DNA of 64,000 bases from Pseudomonadota bacterium (GTDB lineage: Bacteria > Pseudomonadota > Gammaproteobacteria > Steroidobacterales > Steroidobacteraceae), in NCBI GenBank assembly GCA_018241445.1, contig JAFEDT010000002.1, forward strand, positions 66,855 to 130,854, given 5' to 3'. Within the stretch, counting starts at the first letter, position 1, and every line of letters starts with the position of its first letter. Shown piece after piece: positions 43,887 to 54,668 of the stretch. The notes beneath the pieces are model-generated. The model did no database searches. It had not been told where the DNA came from and saw only the letters and a program-made list of their open reading frames with translations. The translations under genes and the position numbers were made by a program.

Positions 43887-45884
43887 TCAAGCCTCCAGTA
43901 GTTCGCGGATCTGTTGGGTGATTCTATCGGCGCTGAAGCCGAAGTGAGCCATCACCTCGGCGCCCTTGCCGGAAGCGCCGAAGTCGTCGATGCCCACCAC
44001 GCGCCCGCCGCTGCCGACGTAGCGCCACCAGCTCTGCCGGCAGCCGGCCTCCACCGCCACGCGCCGGGTCACCCGCGTGGGCAGGACCTGCTCGCGCCAC
44101 GCGGCATCCTGGGCGTCGAAGACGTCGGTGCTGGGCATGGACACCAGCCGCACGCGCCGCCCGGCGGCGTTGAGCGCCGTGACGGCCTGCGCCGCGATGC
44201 CCACTTCGGAGCCGGTGGCGATGACGATGCATTCCGGGACGGCGGCGCAGTCGATCAGCACGTAGCCACCGCGGCGGATGTCGGCGAGCTGCTGCGCGCT
44301 GCGCGGCTGCTGCGTCAGGGCCTGGCGCGTCAGCACCAGCGCCGTCGGGCCCTGGTGCTCGAGCGCGATGGTCCAGGCGCTGGCGGTCTCGGCGGCATCG
44401 CAGGGACGCCACAGGCTCAGGTGCGGCATTGCGCGCAGGCTGGCCAGGTGCTCGATCGGCTGGTGGGTGGGCCCGTCCTCGCCCAGGCCGATGGAGTCGT
44501 GGGTGTAGACCAGGATCACCCGCTGGCGCATCAGGCTGGCGAGGCGCACTGCGTTGCGCGCGTAGTCCGAGAACACCAGGAAGGTGCCGCCGTAGGGAAT
44601 ATGCCCGCCGTGCAGCGCCAGGCCGTTCATGACCCCGGTCATGCCGAACTCGCGCACCCCGTAATGAATGTAGTCGCCGCTCTCGTTCTGCGGCGTGACT
44701 GTGACCGCGCCCTTGAACAGGGTGTTGTTGGAACCGGTCAGGTCGGCCGAACCGCCCAGCACTTCCGGCAGCGCCGGGCCGAGGATGTTGAGCACCGCCT
44801 GCGAGGACTGGCGGGTCGCCTGCGGCGCGCTCTGCTTTGCCAGCTCCGCCTGCACACGCGCCGCCGTCGCCGGCCAGTCAGCCGGCAGTGCGCCGCTGCT
44901 GCGGCGCTCGAACTCGCGCGCCAGCTCCGGGAAGGCCGCCGCGTAGCGCGTAAACAGTGCGCGCCACCCGGCCTCGGCCTGCGCGCCGCGCGTGCGCTGG
45001 TCCCAGGCGCTGCGGATCGGATCTGGAATCTCGAACGGCGGGTACGGCCAGCCGAGGGTCTTGCGGGCTGCGGCCACTTCCTCGACGCCGAGCGCCTCGC
45101 CGTGGGCTTCCTTGGTGCCCTGTTTGTCGGGAGCGCCGAAGCCGATGATGGTCTTGCAGCAGATCAGGGTGGGCCGCTCGCGCTGCCCGCGCGCCGCGGT
45201 GATCGCCCGGACCACGGCCTCGCCGTCCATACCGTCCACGTCCGCTATCACGTTCCAGCCGTAGGCGGCGAAACGCCTCGGCGTGTCATCGGTGAACCAC
45301 CCTGACACCCTGCCGTCTATGGAGATGCCGTTGTCGTCGTAGAAGACGATGAGCTTGCCCAGGCCCAGGGTGCCCGCCAGCGAGCAGGCCTCGTGCGAGA
45401 CGCCCTCCATCAGGCAGCCGTCGCCACAGAAAGCGTAGGTGTAGTGATCCACCACCTCGAAGCCCGGGCGGTTGAACGCCAGGCCGAGGGACTTCTCCGC
45501 CAGCGCCATGCCGACCGCATTGGACAGGCCCTGGCCCAGCGGCCCGGTGGTGGTTTCGATACCCAGGTGCGGATCGTGCTCCGGATGGCCGGGCGTGCGG
45601 CTGCCGAGCTGGCGGAAGCCCTTGATGTCGTCGATGGTGAGTGGGTAGCCCGTGAGGTAAAGCACCGAGTAGAGCAGCATCGAGCCGTGGCCGTTGGACA
45701 GCACGAAGCGGTCGCGGTTCGGCCACAGCGGATTGCCAGGATTGTGGCGCAGAAAGTCGCCCCACAGGGCCTGGGCGATGTCCGCCATGCCCATGGGCAT
45801 GCCCGGGTGGCCGGAATTGGCCCGCTGCACGGCGTCCATGGACAGTGCGCGGATGGCGTTGGCGAGATCGCGGCGTGTGGTCAT
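43887..45884 (-). CDS. tkt: Transketolase
   Basis: Part of ORF 43887..45956, start [37 protein letters not shown] at 45884. It also has the GDGCLMEG ThDP motif. Confidence 0.96.
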   Translation of the reverse strand: MTTRRDLANAIRALSMDAVQRANSGHPGMPMGMADIAQALWGDFLRHNPGNPLWPNRDRFVLSNGHGSMLLYSVLYLTGYPLTIDDIKGFRQLGSRTPGHPEHDPHLGIETTTGPLGQGLSNAVGMALAEKSLGLAFNRPGFEVVDHYTYAFCGDGCLMEGVSHEACSLAGTLGLGKLIVFYDDNGISIDGRVSGWFTDDTPRRFAAYGWNVIADVDGMDGEAVVRAITAARGQRERPTLICCKTIIGFGAPDKQGTKEAHGEALGVEEVAAARKTLGWPYPPFEIPDPIRSAWDQRTRGAQAEAGWRALFTRYAAAFPELAREFERRSSGALPADWPATAARVQAELAKQSAPQATRQSSQAVLNILGPALPEVLGGSADLTGSNNTLFKGAVTVTPQNESGDYIHYGVREFGMTGVMNGLALHGGHIPYGGTFLVFSDYARNAVRLASLMRQRVILVYTHDSIGLGEDGPTHQPIEHLASLRAMPHLSLWRPCDAAETASAWTIALEHQGPTALVLTRQALTQQPRSAQQLADIRRGGYVLIDCAAVPECIVIATGSEVGIAAQAVTALNAAGRRVRLVSMPSTDVFDAQDAAWREQVLPTRVTRRVAVEAGCRQSWWRYVGSGGRVVGIDDFGASGKGAEVMAHFGFSADRITQQIRELLEA

Positions 45885-46203
45885 GCGGCTCTCTACAGGC
45901 GCGGGGGCGCGCATTCTCCACCACTGGGGCCCTGGGCTCAATCGCGGCCCACCCACGCCTTCCCGCGGCGCCCTGCAGCCGCTGGCGGCGCCCTCCGGCC
46001 CGCGGGGCGTGGCGCAGAGCCCCGCGCCGGGCGCCCCAGGATGAGCCGGCCCGGCGGGGAACGGGCCTGTTTCACATTATTGCCATTGCGCACGGCCGGC
46101 AGTGGAACCAGCGCGCGTGACCGGTGCCTCACCTCGCACCGGCGGGTGCCGCCGCGTGAAGCCGGTCCGTGCCACCCAATACCCCTCTGTTACGCTTTCC
46201 ACC

Positions 46204-46995
46204 ATGAGTTCAGTGCGCCTGATCCAGTTCACCGACCCGCACCTCTACGGAGGCGCGGACGGGGCCCTGCGTGGCGTCGCCACGCTGCCCGCGTTGCGCT
46301 CCGCCCTGGCGGCGGCGCAGACGCAGGACTGGCCGCCGCAGGCCGTGCTGCTCAGCGGCGACCTGGTGCAGGACGACCCGGCCGGCTACCAGCACTTCCG
46401 TCCCCTGTTCGGCAACCTGGGGGTTCCGGTGCTGTGCCTGCCGGGCAATCACGACGAACCCCAGGCCATGCGCCAGGTCCTCAGCGGGGCACCCTTCGTC
46501 CTGGATGACCATTTCGACCTGGGCCGCTGGCGCATCGTGCTGCTGGACTCCACCCTGGCCGGTTCCGCCAGCGGCACACTCAGCGCCGCCAGTCTGCAGG
46601 CGCTGTCGCGGTCGCTCGCCGCCGCGGGCAACCGTCATTGCCTGGTCTGCCTGCACCATCACCCGGTGCCCATGGACAGCCGCTGGCTGGACCGGGTGGG
46701 GCTGACCAACGCGTCGCAGTTCTTCGCCACGCTCGACCGCTTCAGCAACGTGCGCGGCGTGGTGTTCGGCCACGTGCACCAGGCGCACGATGCCCTGCGC
46801 CGCGGCGTGCGCCTGCTGGGCACGCCCTCGACCTGCGCGCAGTTCCTGCCGCATTCGGATGATTTCGCGATCGACCCGCGGCCCCCCGCGTGGCGCCCGC
46901 TGGAGCTGCGGGCGGACGGCTCGATCGTCACGGAAGTGATGTGGGTCGACCCGCACCAGGCCGGCATTTCGCGCGGTGCCTCCTCGGCCGCGTGA
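46204..46995 (+). CDS. cpdA: 3',5'-cyclic-nucleotide phosphodiesterase CpdA-like metallophosphoesterase
   Basis: Part of ORF 46102..46995, start MSSVRLIQFTDPHL at 46204. The motifs are DPH, SGDLVQDD, GNHDE, CLHHHP and GHVH. Confidence 0.85.
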   Translation: MSSVRLIQFTDPHLYGGADGALRGVATLPALRSALAAAQTQDWPPQAVLLSGDLVQDDPAGYQHFRPLFGNLGVPVLCLPGNHDEPQAMRQVLSGAPFVLDDHFDLGRWRIVLLDSTLAGSASGTLSAASLQALSRSLAAAGNRHCLVCLHHHPVPMDSRWLDRVGLTNASQFFATLDRFSNVRGVVFGHVHQAHDALRRGVRLLGTPSTCAQFLPHSDDFAIDPRPPAWRPLELRADGSIVTEVMWVDPHQAGISRGASSAA

Positions 46996-46996
46996 T

Positions 46997-47884
46997 TCAG
47001 GTTACCGCGGACACTGCCCTGCCACGGTAGAACCGCCACAACGGCACCGCGAGCAGCACTGTCCAGCCGAACACCAGCCAGCCGACGAAGCCGTCGAAGC
47101 GGCTGAGCAGGAAGCCCAGCGGGGCGCCCCGCAGCGGCTGTGTCAGCTCGTGCACCACCAGGATCACCCATACCCAGCCGGCGTGCAGGCCCAGGCAGGC
47201 GGCGATATTCCCGGTCGCGCTGCGCACCAGCGCCAGAACCACCCCCACGGCAAAGAGCGCCAGGAAGGCATCCAGGATCAGCAACGGCCGCGCAAAGGCC
47301 TGCAGCGTGCCGGCGAGCAGGTCGATGCCGCTGTGCGCACTCACCTGTGCGGGAGCGATGTGATAGCTGGCGAAGAAGTGTGTAGCTGAATACACAACAG
47401 CCGTCAGGATAACCGCCGCACGGGTCCCGGACTCGCGCGCGATGGCGCTGAACATTGCGCCGCGCAGGAACGACTCCTCGATCAGCGCCACGGCCAGGCC
47501 GCTCAGCAGCCGCATCACCAGCAGTTTCGCCAGCGCCGTGCCGGTAAGCGCCGAGGCGCGCCGCCAGTCGAGCAGCCCAAGCGCGCTCATCAACGCCACC
47601 ACCGCCAGCATGGTGGCGACGCCGAGGGCCAGGCCCACGAGCAGCTCGCGCAGGAACAGCCGGCGTGGCAGGCCATAACCCAGGCTGGCGCGGTCCGACA
47701 CCCCCAGCCGCCGCGCCACCAGCAGGAAGCCGGCCAGCAGCACCAGCATGCCGATGCGCGCGCCGATGCGGTGGAACGGGAAGTCGAAGTGCGGGTGCAG
47801 CAGCAGCCAGGCCGGGTACGTCAGCAGGCCCATGCCGAGGATGGCCAGCACCATGAGCCCGAAGAACCAGAGGAACGCGCGCAT
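46997..47884 (-). CDS. CPBP-family (CAAX-like) intramembrane glutamic endopeptidase
   Basis: ORF 46997..47935, likely start MRAFLWFFGL at 47884. It is polytopic, with IEESFLRG (EExxxR), YSATHF (FxxxH) and LGLHAGWV motifs. Confidence 0.75.
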   Translation of the reverse strand: MRAFLWFFGLMVLAILGMGLLTYPAWLLLHPHFDFPFHRIGARIGMLVLLAGFLLVARRLGVSDRASLGYGLPRRLFLRELLVGLALGVATMLAVVALMSALGLLDWRRASALTGTALAKLLVMRLLSGLAVALIEESFLRGAMFSAIARESGTRAAVILTAVVYSATHFFASYHIAPAQVSAHSGIDLLAGTLQAFARPLLILDAFLALFAVGVVLALVRSATGNIAACLGLHAGWVWVILVVHELTQPLRGAPLGFLLSRFDGFVGWLVFGWTVLLAVPLWRFYRGRAVSAVT

Positions 47885-47955
47885 GGCGCGCACGTTACGC
47901 GTCAGGGCGCCGGCAGTGCAAATCGGGGCCCGCACGATCGGATGTTGTTATATTC

Positions 47956-49035
47956 ATGCGGATGGATCTGTTGTTTGCCGAATCGAGCATCAAGGGCTGG
48001 GGCACGGAGCAACACTTCGCCGCGCTCGCGACTGCCATGAAAGAGCGTGGCCACGACGTACGTTGCCTGCTGCGGGCGGGAAGCCCGCTGCAAGCGACAC
48101 TGCGCGCCGCCGATGTTGCGGTCACGGCGTTGCCGTTCGGGGGCGGCGCCGATCCGCGGGCGATACTGGCGCTGGCGAGGATGATACGACAGCGTCGACC
48201 CGACTGGCTGGTTACCAACGACGGCAAGTTTTACTGGCCGTTCGTACTGGTCTCGGCGCTGACGGGCGCCCGCAGTGCGCTGTTCCGCCACTGGCCCGAC
48301 ATGCCCAAAAGCGCAATTACCCGCAGGCTGATCGCGAGGTTTGCCGATCGCTTCATCCTGGTGTCCCGGTTTCAGCGCGAACGCCTGCGCCAACGGGGCG
48401 TCGATGTCTCACGCATGGTGATTCTCTACAATCCCATCGACACCGCGCGCCTGAGCCCGTCCGTGCAGGCGCGCGCGCAGATGCGGCAGGCATTGGGGAT
48501 CGCCGAAGACGAATTCGTCGTCGGCTACGTGGGCCGCCTGGTTGCTGACAAGGGTGTGCATGCCCTGCAGCTGGCAGCCATGCAAGCGCTGACGGGGCAA
48601 CCGCGCGCCCGATTGCTGTGGGTCGGCGACGGCAGCGAACTGCCGCGGCTGCGTGAGCGGGCCGCGACGGGCGCAATCCGGCAACAGTTCGCCGGCTGGA
48701 ATGCGGACGTACGCGGCGTCTACGCGGCCATGGACGTGGTGGCGGTGCCGTCGGAATATCCCGATCCGTGCCCGCGGGTACCGGTGGAAGCGCAGGCCTG
48801 CGGAGTCCCGGTGGTGTGCAGCGACGCCGGCGGACTGCCCGAGACCTTCAGGCCCGACGCCAGCGGCCTGCTGGTCCCCGAGGGTGACCGGCAGCAGCTG
48901 GCGGCCGCGCTGCTGGCCCTGCTGCGCGACCCTGTCCGCCGCACCAACATGGGCCAGGCGGGGCGCGAGTACGTCACCGGGAAATTTTCCTTTCAGCGCA
49001 TCGCCATGGACTTCGAAGCGCTGCTGCAGGGATGA
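47956..49035 (+). CDS. GT4-family (GT-B, RfaG/WaaG-like) glycosyltransferase, probable LPS core
   Basis: 359 aa with GTEQHFAALATAMKERGHDV and a C-terminal EX7E-like region (PSEYPDPCPRVPVEAQACGVPVV). Confidence 0.8.
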   Translation: MRMDLLFAESSIKGWGTEQHFAALATAMKERGHDVRCLLRAGSPLQATLRAADVAVTALPFGGGADPRAILALARMIRQRRPDWLVTNDGKFYWPFVLVSALTGARSALFRHWPDMPKSAITRRLIARFADRFILVSRFQRERLRQRGVDVSRMVILYNPIDTARLSPSVQARAQMRQALGIAEDEFVVGYVGRLVADKGVHALQLAAMQALTGQPRARLLWVGDGSELPRLRERAATGAIRQQFAGWNADVRGVYAAMDVVAVPSEYPDPCPRVPVEAQACGVPVVCSDAGGLPETFRPDASGLLVPEGDRQQLAAALLALLRDPVRRTNMGQAGREYVTGKFSFQRIAMDFEALLQG

Positions 49036-49065
49036 CGCGGGCCGGCGGCAGCGCCGCCACCGCGC

Positions 49066-50130
49066 CTACTGGTGCAGCAATTGCCGCCACGCCGCCGCGA
49101 CGCTTGCCAGGCGAAACCGCGGATCGGCGTGAACCTGGGGCCGTGCACCCCGGCGCCAGGCGTCGACCCGTTCCACCCACGGTTCGAACAGGCCGATGCG
49201 GGCGGCCAGGCGCGCCGGCACGGCGCGCCACGCCGACGGCAGCGCACCGGCGAGTCCCTCGTAGACACGCCAGGCGCGCCGCACGGGCAGCACCTGGCGT
49301 TCGTCGGCGATGACCTCGCGTGCTGCACCACAGTCCACTGTCAGCACCGGGGTGCCCAGCGCCAGGGACTCGGCAAACACCAGCCCGAAGGTCTCCGGTA
49401 TGAGAAAGTTGGGAGAGAAGGTGCACAGCGACGAGCGCACCTCGGCGTGGATGCGCGCCTGCGGCAGCGGCCCGAGGAACTCCACCCCGGCCAGCTGCAC
49501 GGGGCGATCGGCCTTGTAGCCCGGATTACCCACCACGAGCCGCAGGCCGGGCAGGCGGCGGCGCATCGCTGCGAAGGCGTCGAGTGCGAACGCCAGCCCC
49601 TTGTTGGGCGAAGAAAAGAACGCCAGCTTGTCCGGATCCACCGGCGTGCCATCCGGTGCCAGCTGCTCATCGACCGGGTTGTAGATGGTGACGGTGCGCA
49701 CCGCGTCGGACAGGCCGATGCTGCGCAGGGTGGCTTCGACCCCGGCGCGTTGCGAGTCCGATACGCACACGATGGTCACCGCCATCTCGCGCAGCCAGCG
49801 CGCGCTGCTGGCCAGCCGCCGCGCGCGCTTGGAGCCCGGATTGAGCTGATCGTGGACCCACAGGTAGTAGCGCGCATCCGGGAACAACTCGCGGACCCGT
49901 GGCAGGGCGCGCGAATCGCGGTTGAGTATCACCCGCTCGATGCCCGGCCGGGACTGCGGCGGCAGATAACGGCCCCAGGCCTCGGTGCGGTTGTGCTGCT
50001 GCACCCAGGCGCCCAGTGCGTCGGCAACGCGCGTCACGCTCGCCTCGGTACCCCCGGTCGCCCGGGTCGTCAGCGTGCGCGTGTCGTAAGCTCCCTGACA
50101 GACGGGGTCGAAGAAAAGCACGGAGCTCAT
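49066..50130 (-). CDS. GT4-like glycosyltransferase, probable LPS core
   Basis: ORF 49066..50196, start MSSVLFFDP at 50130. It has GGTEASV near the N-terminus and the C-terminal donor-binding region PETFGLVFAESLALGTPVL. Confidence 0.7.
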   Translation of the reverse strand: MSSVLFFDPVCQGAYDTRTLTTRATGGTEASVTRVADALGAWVQQHNRTEAWGRYLPPQSRPGIERVILNRDSRALPRVRELFPDARYYLWVHDQLNPGSKRARRLASSARWLREMAVTIVCVSDSQRAGVEATLRSIGLSDAVRTVTIYNPVDEQLAPDGTPVDPDKLAFFSSPNKGLAFALDAFAAMRRRLPGLRLVVGNPGYKADRPVQLAGVEFLGPLPQARIHAEVRSSLCTFSPNFLIPETFGLVFAESLALGTPVLTVDCGAAREVIADERQVLPVRRAWRVYEGLAGALPSAWRAVPARLAARIGLFEPWVERVDAWRRGARPQVHADPRFRLASVAAAWRQLLHQ

Positions 50131-50149
50131 TGCGTGTATTCTACGGCCG

Positions 50150-50926
50150 ATGCTCCCGGAGCCAATGCCTGCCGCCCTGTCGGCCTGCGTGATCACCTAC
50201 AACGAGGCGGATCGCATCGAGGCCTGCCTGGAGTCGCTCGCCTTCTGCGACGAGATCATCGTAGTCGACTCCCACTCCAGCGACGACACGCGCTCGCTCG
50301 CCGCCGGGCGCGGCGCCACCGTGCTCGAGCGCGACTGGCCCGGCTACCGCTCGCAGAAGCAGTTCGCGGTCGAGGCGGCGCGCCATGACTGGGTGCTGTG
50401 CCTGGACGCCGACGAGCGTGTCAGCCCGGCACTGCGGGCACAGATCGAGCGCTTGCGCGCGGGCGGTTTTGCACAAATGCATGGCTGGTCGCTGCCGCGC
50501 AGCACCTGGTACTTCGGCCGCTTCCTGCGCCACGGCAATGCCTTTCCCGACCGGCTGGTGCGGCTGTTCGACCGCCGTCACGGCGGCTGGCGCGGCTACG
50601 AGATCCACGAGAACACGCGTATCGCAGGCCCCGTCGGGCGGCTTGCCGGCGCCCTGGAGCACTATCCCTACCGCAGCCTCGCCGACCACCAGCAACGCAT
50701 GCAGCGCTATGCCGACCTGATGGCGCAGACACTGTATGAGCACGGCAAGCGCTGCGGCCTGCTGAAGGTGCTCGTCAATCCGCGATGGCGCTTCGTGCGC
50801 GGCTACCTGCTGCGGCTGGGATTTCTCGATGGCTGGCGCGGCCTGGTGTTCGCCCTGGTGGAGTCGGGCTACGTGCGCCGCAAGTACCTGGGACTGTACT
50901 TCCGCAGCCGCGGGTTGCCGACCTAG
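50150..50926 (+). CDS. GT2-family glycosyltransferase (KdtX/WaaE-like LPS core enzyme)
   Basis: 258 aa with LSACVITYNEADRIEACLESL, IIVVDSHSSDDT and CLDADERV (DxD). Confidence 0.8.
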   Translation: MLPEPMPAALSACVITYNEADRIEACLESLAFCDEIIVVDSHSSDDTRSLAAGRGATVLERDWPGYRSQKQFAVEAARHDWVLCLDADERVSPALRAQIERLRAGGFAQMHGWSLPRSTWYFGRFLRHGNAFPDRLVRLFDRRHGGWRGYEIHENTRIAGPVGRLAGALEHYPYRSLADHQQRMQRYADLMAQTLYEHGKRCGLLKVLVNPRWRFVRGYLLRLGFLDGWRGLVFALVESGYVRRKYLGLYFRSRGLPT

Positions 50927-50933
50927 CTGACTG

Positions 50934-50960
50934 GCCAAAATTGCAGGAAGCAATTTTGGC
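50934..50960. terminator. 11-bp stem hairpin downstream of the GT2 gene
   Basis: GCCAAAATTGC-AGGAA-GCAATTTTGGC, 8 nt after the GT2 stop, in the spacer between convergent genes. Confidence 0.6.
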
Positions 50961-50979
50961 AGACATCGCCTTCGCTTCC

Positions 50980-51007
50980 GCCGGCAAAAGGCGCGACTTT
51001 TGCCGGC
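50980..51007. terminator. 11-bp stem hairpin downstream of the LON-N-domain gene
   Basis: GCCGGCAAAAG-GCGCGA-CTTTTGCCGGC ends 3 nt from the stop of the minus-strand gene at 51011. Together with the first hairpin it forms a back-to-back terminator pair. Confidence 0.6.
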
Positions 51008-51010
51008 TGC

Positions 51011-51595
51011 TCAGTTGCCACCCCGGACGAGGGCCGCGATGCGCTCGAGCCGCTGCAAGGGGTCGGCGATGCCCAGCAGCGCCAGGCGCGCGCCGTTGTC
51101 CAGCGGCAGCAGCTCGGTCCAGCGGTTGGCAACCCAGGCAGCATCACTGAAGTCGCCCGCGCGGACTTCGCCATACACCGCGGCCAGCTTTGCCAGCACC
51201 GGCTGCAGTTGCTCAGTGAGCCACGCGTACTGCTGCGGCAGCGGTTGATGCAGGCCGACCGGCAGGTACTCGACGTCACCGACATACAGTCCGTCCGGCT
51301 GGCTGTGTCGGCCCAGCAGGTGGAAGCGCCGCCCGCCGCGGCAGCGGATGCCGAGCAGCCCGCCCGGCAACGCATCGAAGTCGACGATGCGCGCCGTGGT
51401 CCCCAGCGGCGCCAGGGCCTCGACCGCCCCGGCCTCGGTGCCTGAAAGGATCAGCACCACACCGAATTCGCTGCCGCCCCTCAGGCAGTCGCGCACCAGC
51501 CCCAGGTAGCGCGGCTCGAATACCCGCAGTGCCAGAGGCCCTCCGGGGAACAGTACGCAGTTGAGCGGGAACAGCGGCAACGGCTGCGGCTGCAT
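51011..51595 (-). CDS. LON N-terminal (substrate-binding, PUA-like) domain protein
   Basis: 194 aa. LPLFPLNCVLFPGGPLALRVFEPRYLGLV is the hallmark start of stand-alone Lon-N domain proteins. There is no ATPase or protease domain. Confidence 0.75.
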   Translation of the reverse strand: MQPQPLPLFPLNCVLFPGGPLALRVFEPRYLGLVRDCLRGGSEFGVVLILSGTEAGAVEALAPLGTTARIVDFDALPGGLLGIRCRGGRRFHLLGRHSQPDGLYVGDVEYLPVGLHQPLPQQYAWLTEQLQPVLAKLAAVYGEVRAGDFSDAAWVANRWTELLPLDNGARLALLGIADPLQRLERIAALVRGGN

Positions 51596-51600
51596 GGCCG

Positions 51601-52974
51601 TCAGCCGCCGCGCAACTCGCCGAGCAGCCGTTCGTGCAGCCCCGCAAACCCGCCGTTGCTCATGACCACGACGTGGTCGCCGGGCCGTGCCGCGCGCGCC
51701 AGCTCGCGCGCCAGTGCCGCAACGTCCGTGCTGGCGTGGCCACGCGCTCCCAGTCCGGCCAGCACGCCGCCCGCATCCCAGCCCAGGTCAGGTGGCGTGT
51801 ACAGCCACACCTGGTCGGCCAGCTGCAGCGACGGCGCCAGCGTGTCGCTGTGCACGCCCATGCGCATGGTGTTGGAACGCGGCTCCAGCGCGACCAGGAT
51901 GCGCGCCGCGCCGACGCGGCGGCGCAGGCCATCGAGCGTGGTGTGGATCGCGGTGGGGTGGTGCGCGAAGTCGTCATAGACACGCACGCCGTTCACCTCG
52001 CCGCGCAGCTGCATGCGCCGCGCGATGCCGCGGAAGTGCGCCAGGGCCTCGATGGAGCGCGCCACCGCGACACCGGCATGACGCGCCGCGGCGATCGCCG
52101 CCAGCGCGTTCTCCATGTTATGCGCCCCCAGCAGCTGCCAGTGCAGCGTGCCGTGCGACCGGCCGTCCTCGAGCACCTCGAAGCTGGAGTAATCCCCGCT
52201 GGCGCCGACCGTGCGCGCGCTCCAGCGGGTCTGCGGCCCGCTGTCGCGCCCGAAGCCCTCCAGCGGTGTCCAGCAACCGAGCTCCAGGGTCTCGGCCAGC
52301 CGTGCGTCGCCGCTGTTCCACACGATGCGCCCGGATCCCGGCACGGTGCGCACCAGGTGGTGGAACTGCCGCTGGATGGCCGCGACGTCGGGGTAGATGT
52401 CGGCGTGGTCGAACTCGAGGTTGTTGAGCACCGCCGTGCGCGGACGGTAGTGCACGAACTTGGCGCGCTTGTCGAAGAACGCGGTGTCGTACTCGTCAGC
52501 CTCGATGACGAAGAACCGCCCGCCGCCCAGCCGCGCGCTGACCCCGAAGTTCTCCGGCACGCCGCCGATCAGGAAGCCGGGGTCGAGCCCGGCGTGCTCC
52601 AGGATCCACGCCAGCAGCGAACTGGTGGTGGTCTTGCCATGCGTGCCGGCGACCGCCATCACCCAGCGATCCTTGAGCACCTCGCGCGCCAGCCATTCCG
52701 GCCCCGAGATATAGGGCAACCCCACGTCCAGCAGCGCCTCGATGACCGGCATGCCGCGCGTCATGACATTGCCGACCACGACCATGTCGGGCGCCGGCGT
52801 GAGCTGCCGTGCATCGAAGCCCTCGGTCACCCGGATACCCAGTTGCTCGAGTTGCGTGCTCATGGGCGGATAGACGTTGCGGTCGGAGCCGGTGACCGTG
52901 AATCCCGCGGCGCGGGCGATGGCGGCCACGCCCCCCATGAAAGTTCCGCAGATGCCCAGAATGTGGACGTGCAT
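51601..52974 (-). CDS. mpl: UDP-N-acetylmuramate:L-alanyl-gamma-D-glutamyl-meso-diaminopimelate ligase
   Basis: 457 aa with MHVHILGICGTFMGGVAAIA and the Mur ligase P-loop AVAGTHGKTTTSS. Confidence 0.92.
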   Translation of the reverse strand: MHVHILGICGTFMGGVAAIARAAGFTVTGSDRNVYPPMSTQLEQLGIRVTEGFDARQLTPAPDMVVVGNVMTRGMPVIEALLDVGLPYISGPEWLAREVLKDRWVMAVAGTHGKTTTSSLLAWILEHAGLDPGFLIGGVPENFGVSARLGGGRFFVIEADEYDTAFFDKRAKFVHYRPRTAVLNNLEFDHADIYPDVAAIQRQFHHLVRTVPGSGRIVWNSGDARLAETLELGCWTPLEGFGRDSGPQTRWSARTVGASGDYSSFEVLEDGRSHGTLHWQLLGAHNMENALAAIAAARHAGVAVARSIEALAHFRGIARRMQLRGEVNGVRVYDDFAHHPTAIHTTLDGLRRRVGAARILVALEPRSNTMRMGVHSDTLAPSLQLADQVWLYTPPDLGWDAGGVLAGLGARGHASTDVAALARELARAARPGDHVVVMSNGGFAGLHERLLGELRGG

Positions 52975-52981
52975 CCGCGTA

Positions 52982-53521
52982 TCAGCCCTTGAGGACGGGA
53001 AACAAGGCCAGCAGCAGCAGCTGCGCGGCGACGATCTGCAGGATCACCAGCGCGACGCTGGCGGAGATGGACCACTCCAGCGCGGCCCGGACGATGTGCG
53101 CGTTGACGGCAATCAGCCAGATCACCAGCAGCATGCCTGCCAGCGCGATCGGCAGGCGCCAGGCGTCGTCGTCGATGAAGCGCCGCATCAGCCATTCCGA
53201 GCCGACCAGGAGCGGCGCCACCAGCAGCTGGAATCCGAACAGTGCCGTCAGCGTCTGCACGCTGCGCTCCGCCCTGCCGACGCTGCGCAGCAACACGCCG
53301 TACCAGGTCAGCGTGAACAGCGCGTCCACCAGCAGTTGCAGCGGCCAGCTCGCCGGCGCCGCGCGCCCCTGCGGCAGCGGCGGCAATGCCGCACCCATCG
53401 CCAGGTTGAGGGCCAGGTAGGCCAGCACCGTCAGCGCCAGCAGCAGCGGTGAGGCCGGCAGATCCTGCGGACCCCGCCGCAAGGCCGCGATGCGCGTCAG
53501 AAGATGCAGGTACTCGCTCAT
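52982..53521 (-). CDS. Inner-membrane protein of unknown function (Yip1-like topology)
   Basis: Part of ORF 52982..53668, start MSEYLHLLTRIAALRRGPQDLP at 53521. About five hydrophobic helices follow. I recognised no catalytic motif. Confidence 0.5.
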   Translation of the reverse strand: MSEYLHLLTRIAALRRGPQDLPASPLLLALTVLAYLALNLAMGAALPPLPQGRAAPASWPLQLLVDALFTLTWYGVLLRSVGRAERSVQTLTALFGFQLLVAPLLVGSEWLMRRFIDDDAWRLPIALAGMLLVIWLIAVNAHIVRAALEWSISASVALVILQIVAAQLLLLALFPVLKG

Positions 53522-53552
53522 GACTTCCGCAACTGCCCGTCTACCTCGCATA

Positions 53553-54668
53553 ATGAACCGCAGGATTGTACAGGCCCTGTTCCGTTTGCACGCCCCCGTA
53601 ACAACACCATCGCAACTGAACGATCTGGCAGCGCAGCTTGGCGCCGCCGCGCGCGTCGGGCTCGACACTGAATTCCTGCGCGAGCGGACCTACCGGGCGC
53701 AGCTGTGCCTGGTGCAGCTCGCCGGGGCGGACACCGCCGCCTGCGTCGATCCGCTGGCACTGGCCGACCTGGAGCCGCTGGCCGGGGTGCTCACCGAGGC
53801 AGGCGTCATCAAGGTGATGCATGCCTCGCGGCAGGACCTGGAAGTCCTGCTGCCGGTTGCCGGGCTGGTGCGCCCGGTCTTCGACACGCAGATCGCCGCA
53901 GCGCTGGCCGGACTGCCGGCGCAGATCGGCTACGCCGAACTGGTGCGCAGACTGCTGGGGCACGAACTGCCGAAGTCCCATACGCGCACCGACTGGTCGC
54001 GCCGGCCCCTGCACCCCGAGCAGATCGAGTACGCGCTGGATGACGTGCGCTACCTGCTGCCGCTGGCCGCAGCGCTGGAGGAGCAGCTCGCCCGGCTGGG
54101 GCGTCTGGGCTGGCTCACGGAGGAGCTCGCCGCCCTGGGCTCACCGGAGCTGCTTGCGGTCGATCCGCAGCGCGCCTGGCTGCGGCTGAAAGGCCTGCAG
54201 CAGCTGGACCAGCCGCGCCAGCGGCTGGCACAGCAGCTGGCGGCCTGGCGCGAGCGCACCGCGATGGCCGACGACCGTCCGCGCGGCTGGATCCTCGATG
54301 ACACGCTGCTGCGCGCGATCGTCGCCCAGGTGCCTCGCAGCGTCGAGGCACTGGCGCAGATCCCGGACATGCCGGCCGGACTGGTCAGCCGTCGCGGCGG
54401 CGAACTGCTCGCCTGCGTGGAGGCCGCCGATATTCCTGATCCGCCGGCACCGCTGCCCGGCCGCACGCGCCCCGACGCCACACGCGAGGCGCTGCTGCGC
54501 CGGCTGGGTGGAATCAATCAGTCAGTCGCGCGGGAACTGCAGATTGCACCGGAGGTCCTGGCCACGCGCCGCGACCTGGAGCAGTTCGTCGAGCAACCCG
54601 GCCGCAACGCGCTGGTGCGCGGCTGGCGCGCCGCGGTCGTCGGCGAGAAACTGCGGGCCGCGCTGTAG
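53553..54668 (+). CDS. rnd: Ribonuclease D
   Basis: Part of ORF 53490..54668, probable start MNRRIVQ at 53553. It has the DEDD exonuclease motifs (GLDTEFLRERTYRAQLCLVQL, YALDDVRYL) and an HRDC region. Confidence 0.88.
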   Translation: MNRRIVQALFRLHAPVTTPSQLNDLAAQLGAAARVGLDTEFLRERTYRAQLCLVQLAGADTAACVDPLALADLEPLAGVLTEAGVIKVMHASRQDLEVLLPVAGLVRPVFDTQIAAALAGLPAQIGYAELVRRLLGHELPKSHTRTDWSRRPLHPEQIEYALDDVRYLLPLAAALEEQLARLGRLGWLTEELAALGSPELLAVDPQRAWLRLKGLQQLDQPRQRLAQQLAAWRERTAMADDRPRGWILDDTLLRAIVAQVPRSVEALAQIPDMPAGLVSRRGGELLACVEAADIPDPPAPLPGRTRPDATREALLRRLGGINQSVARELQIAPEVLATRRDLEQFVEQPGRNALVRGWRAAVVGEKLRAAL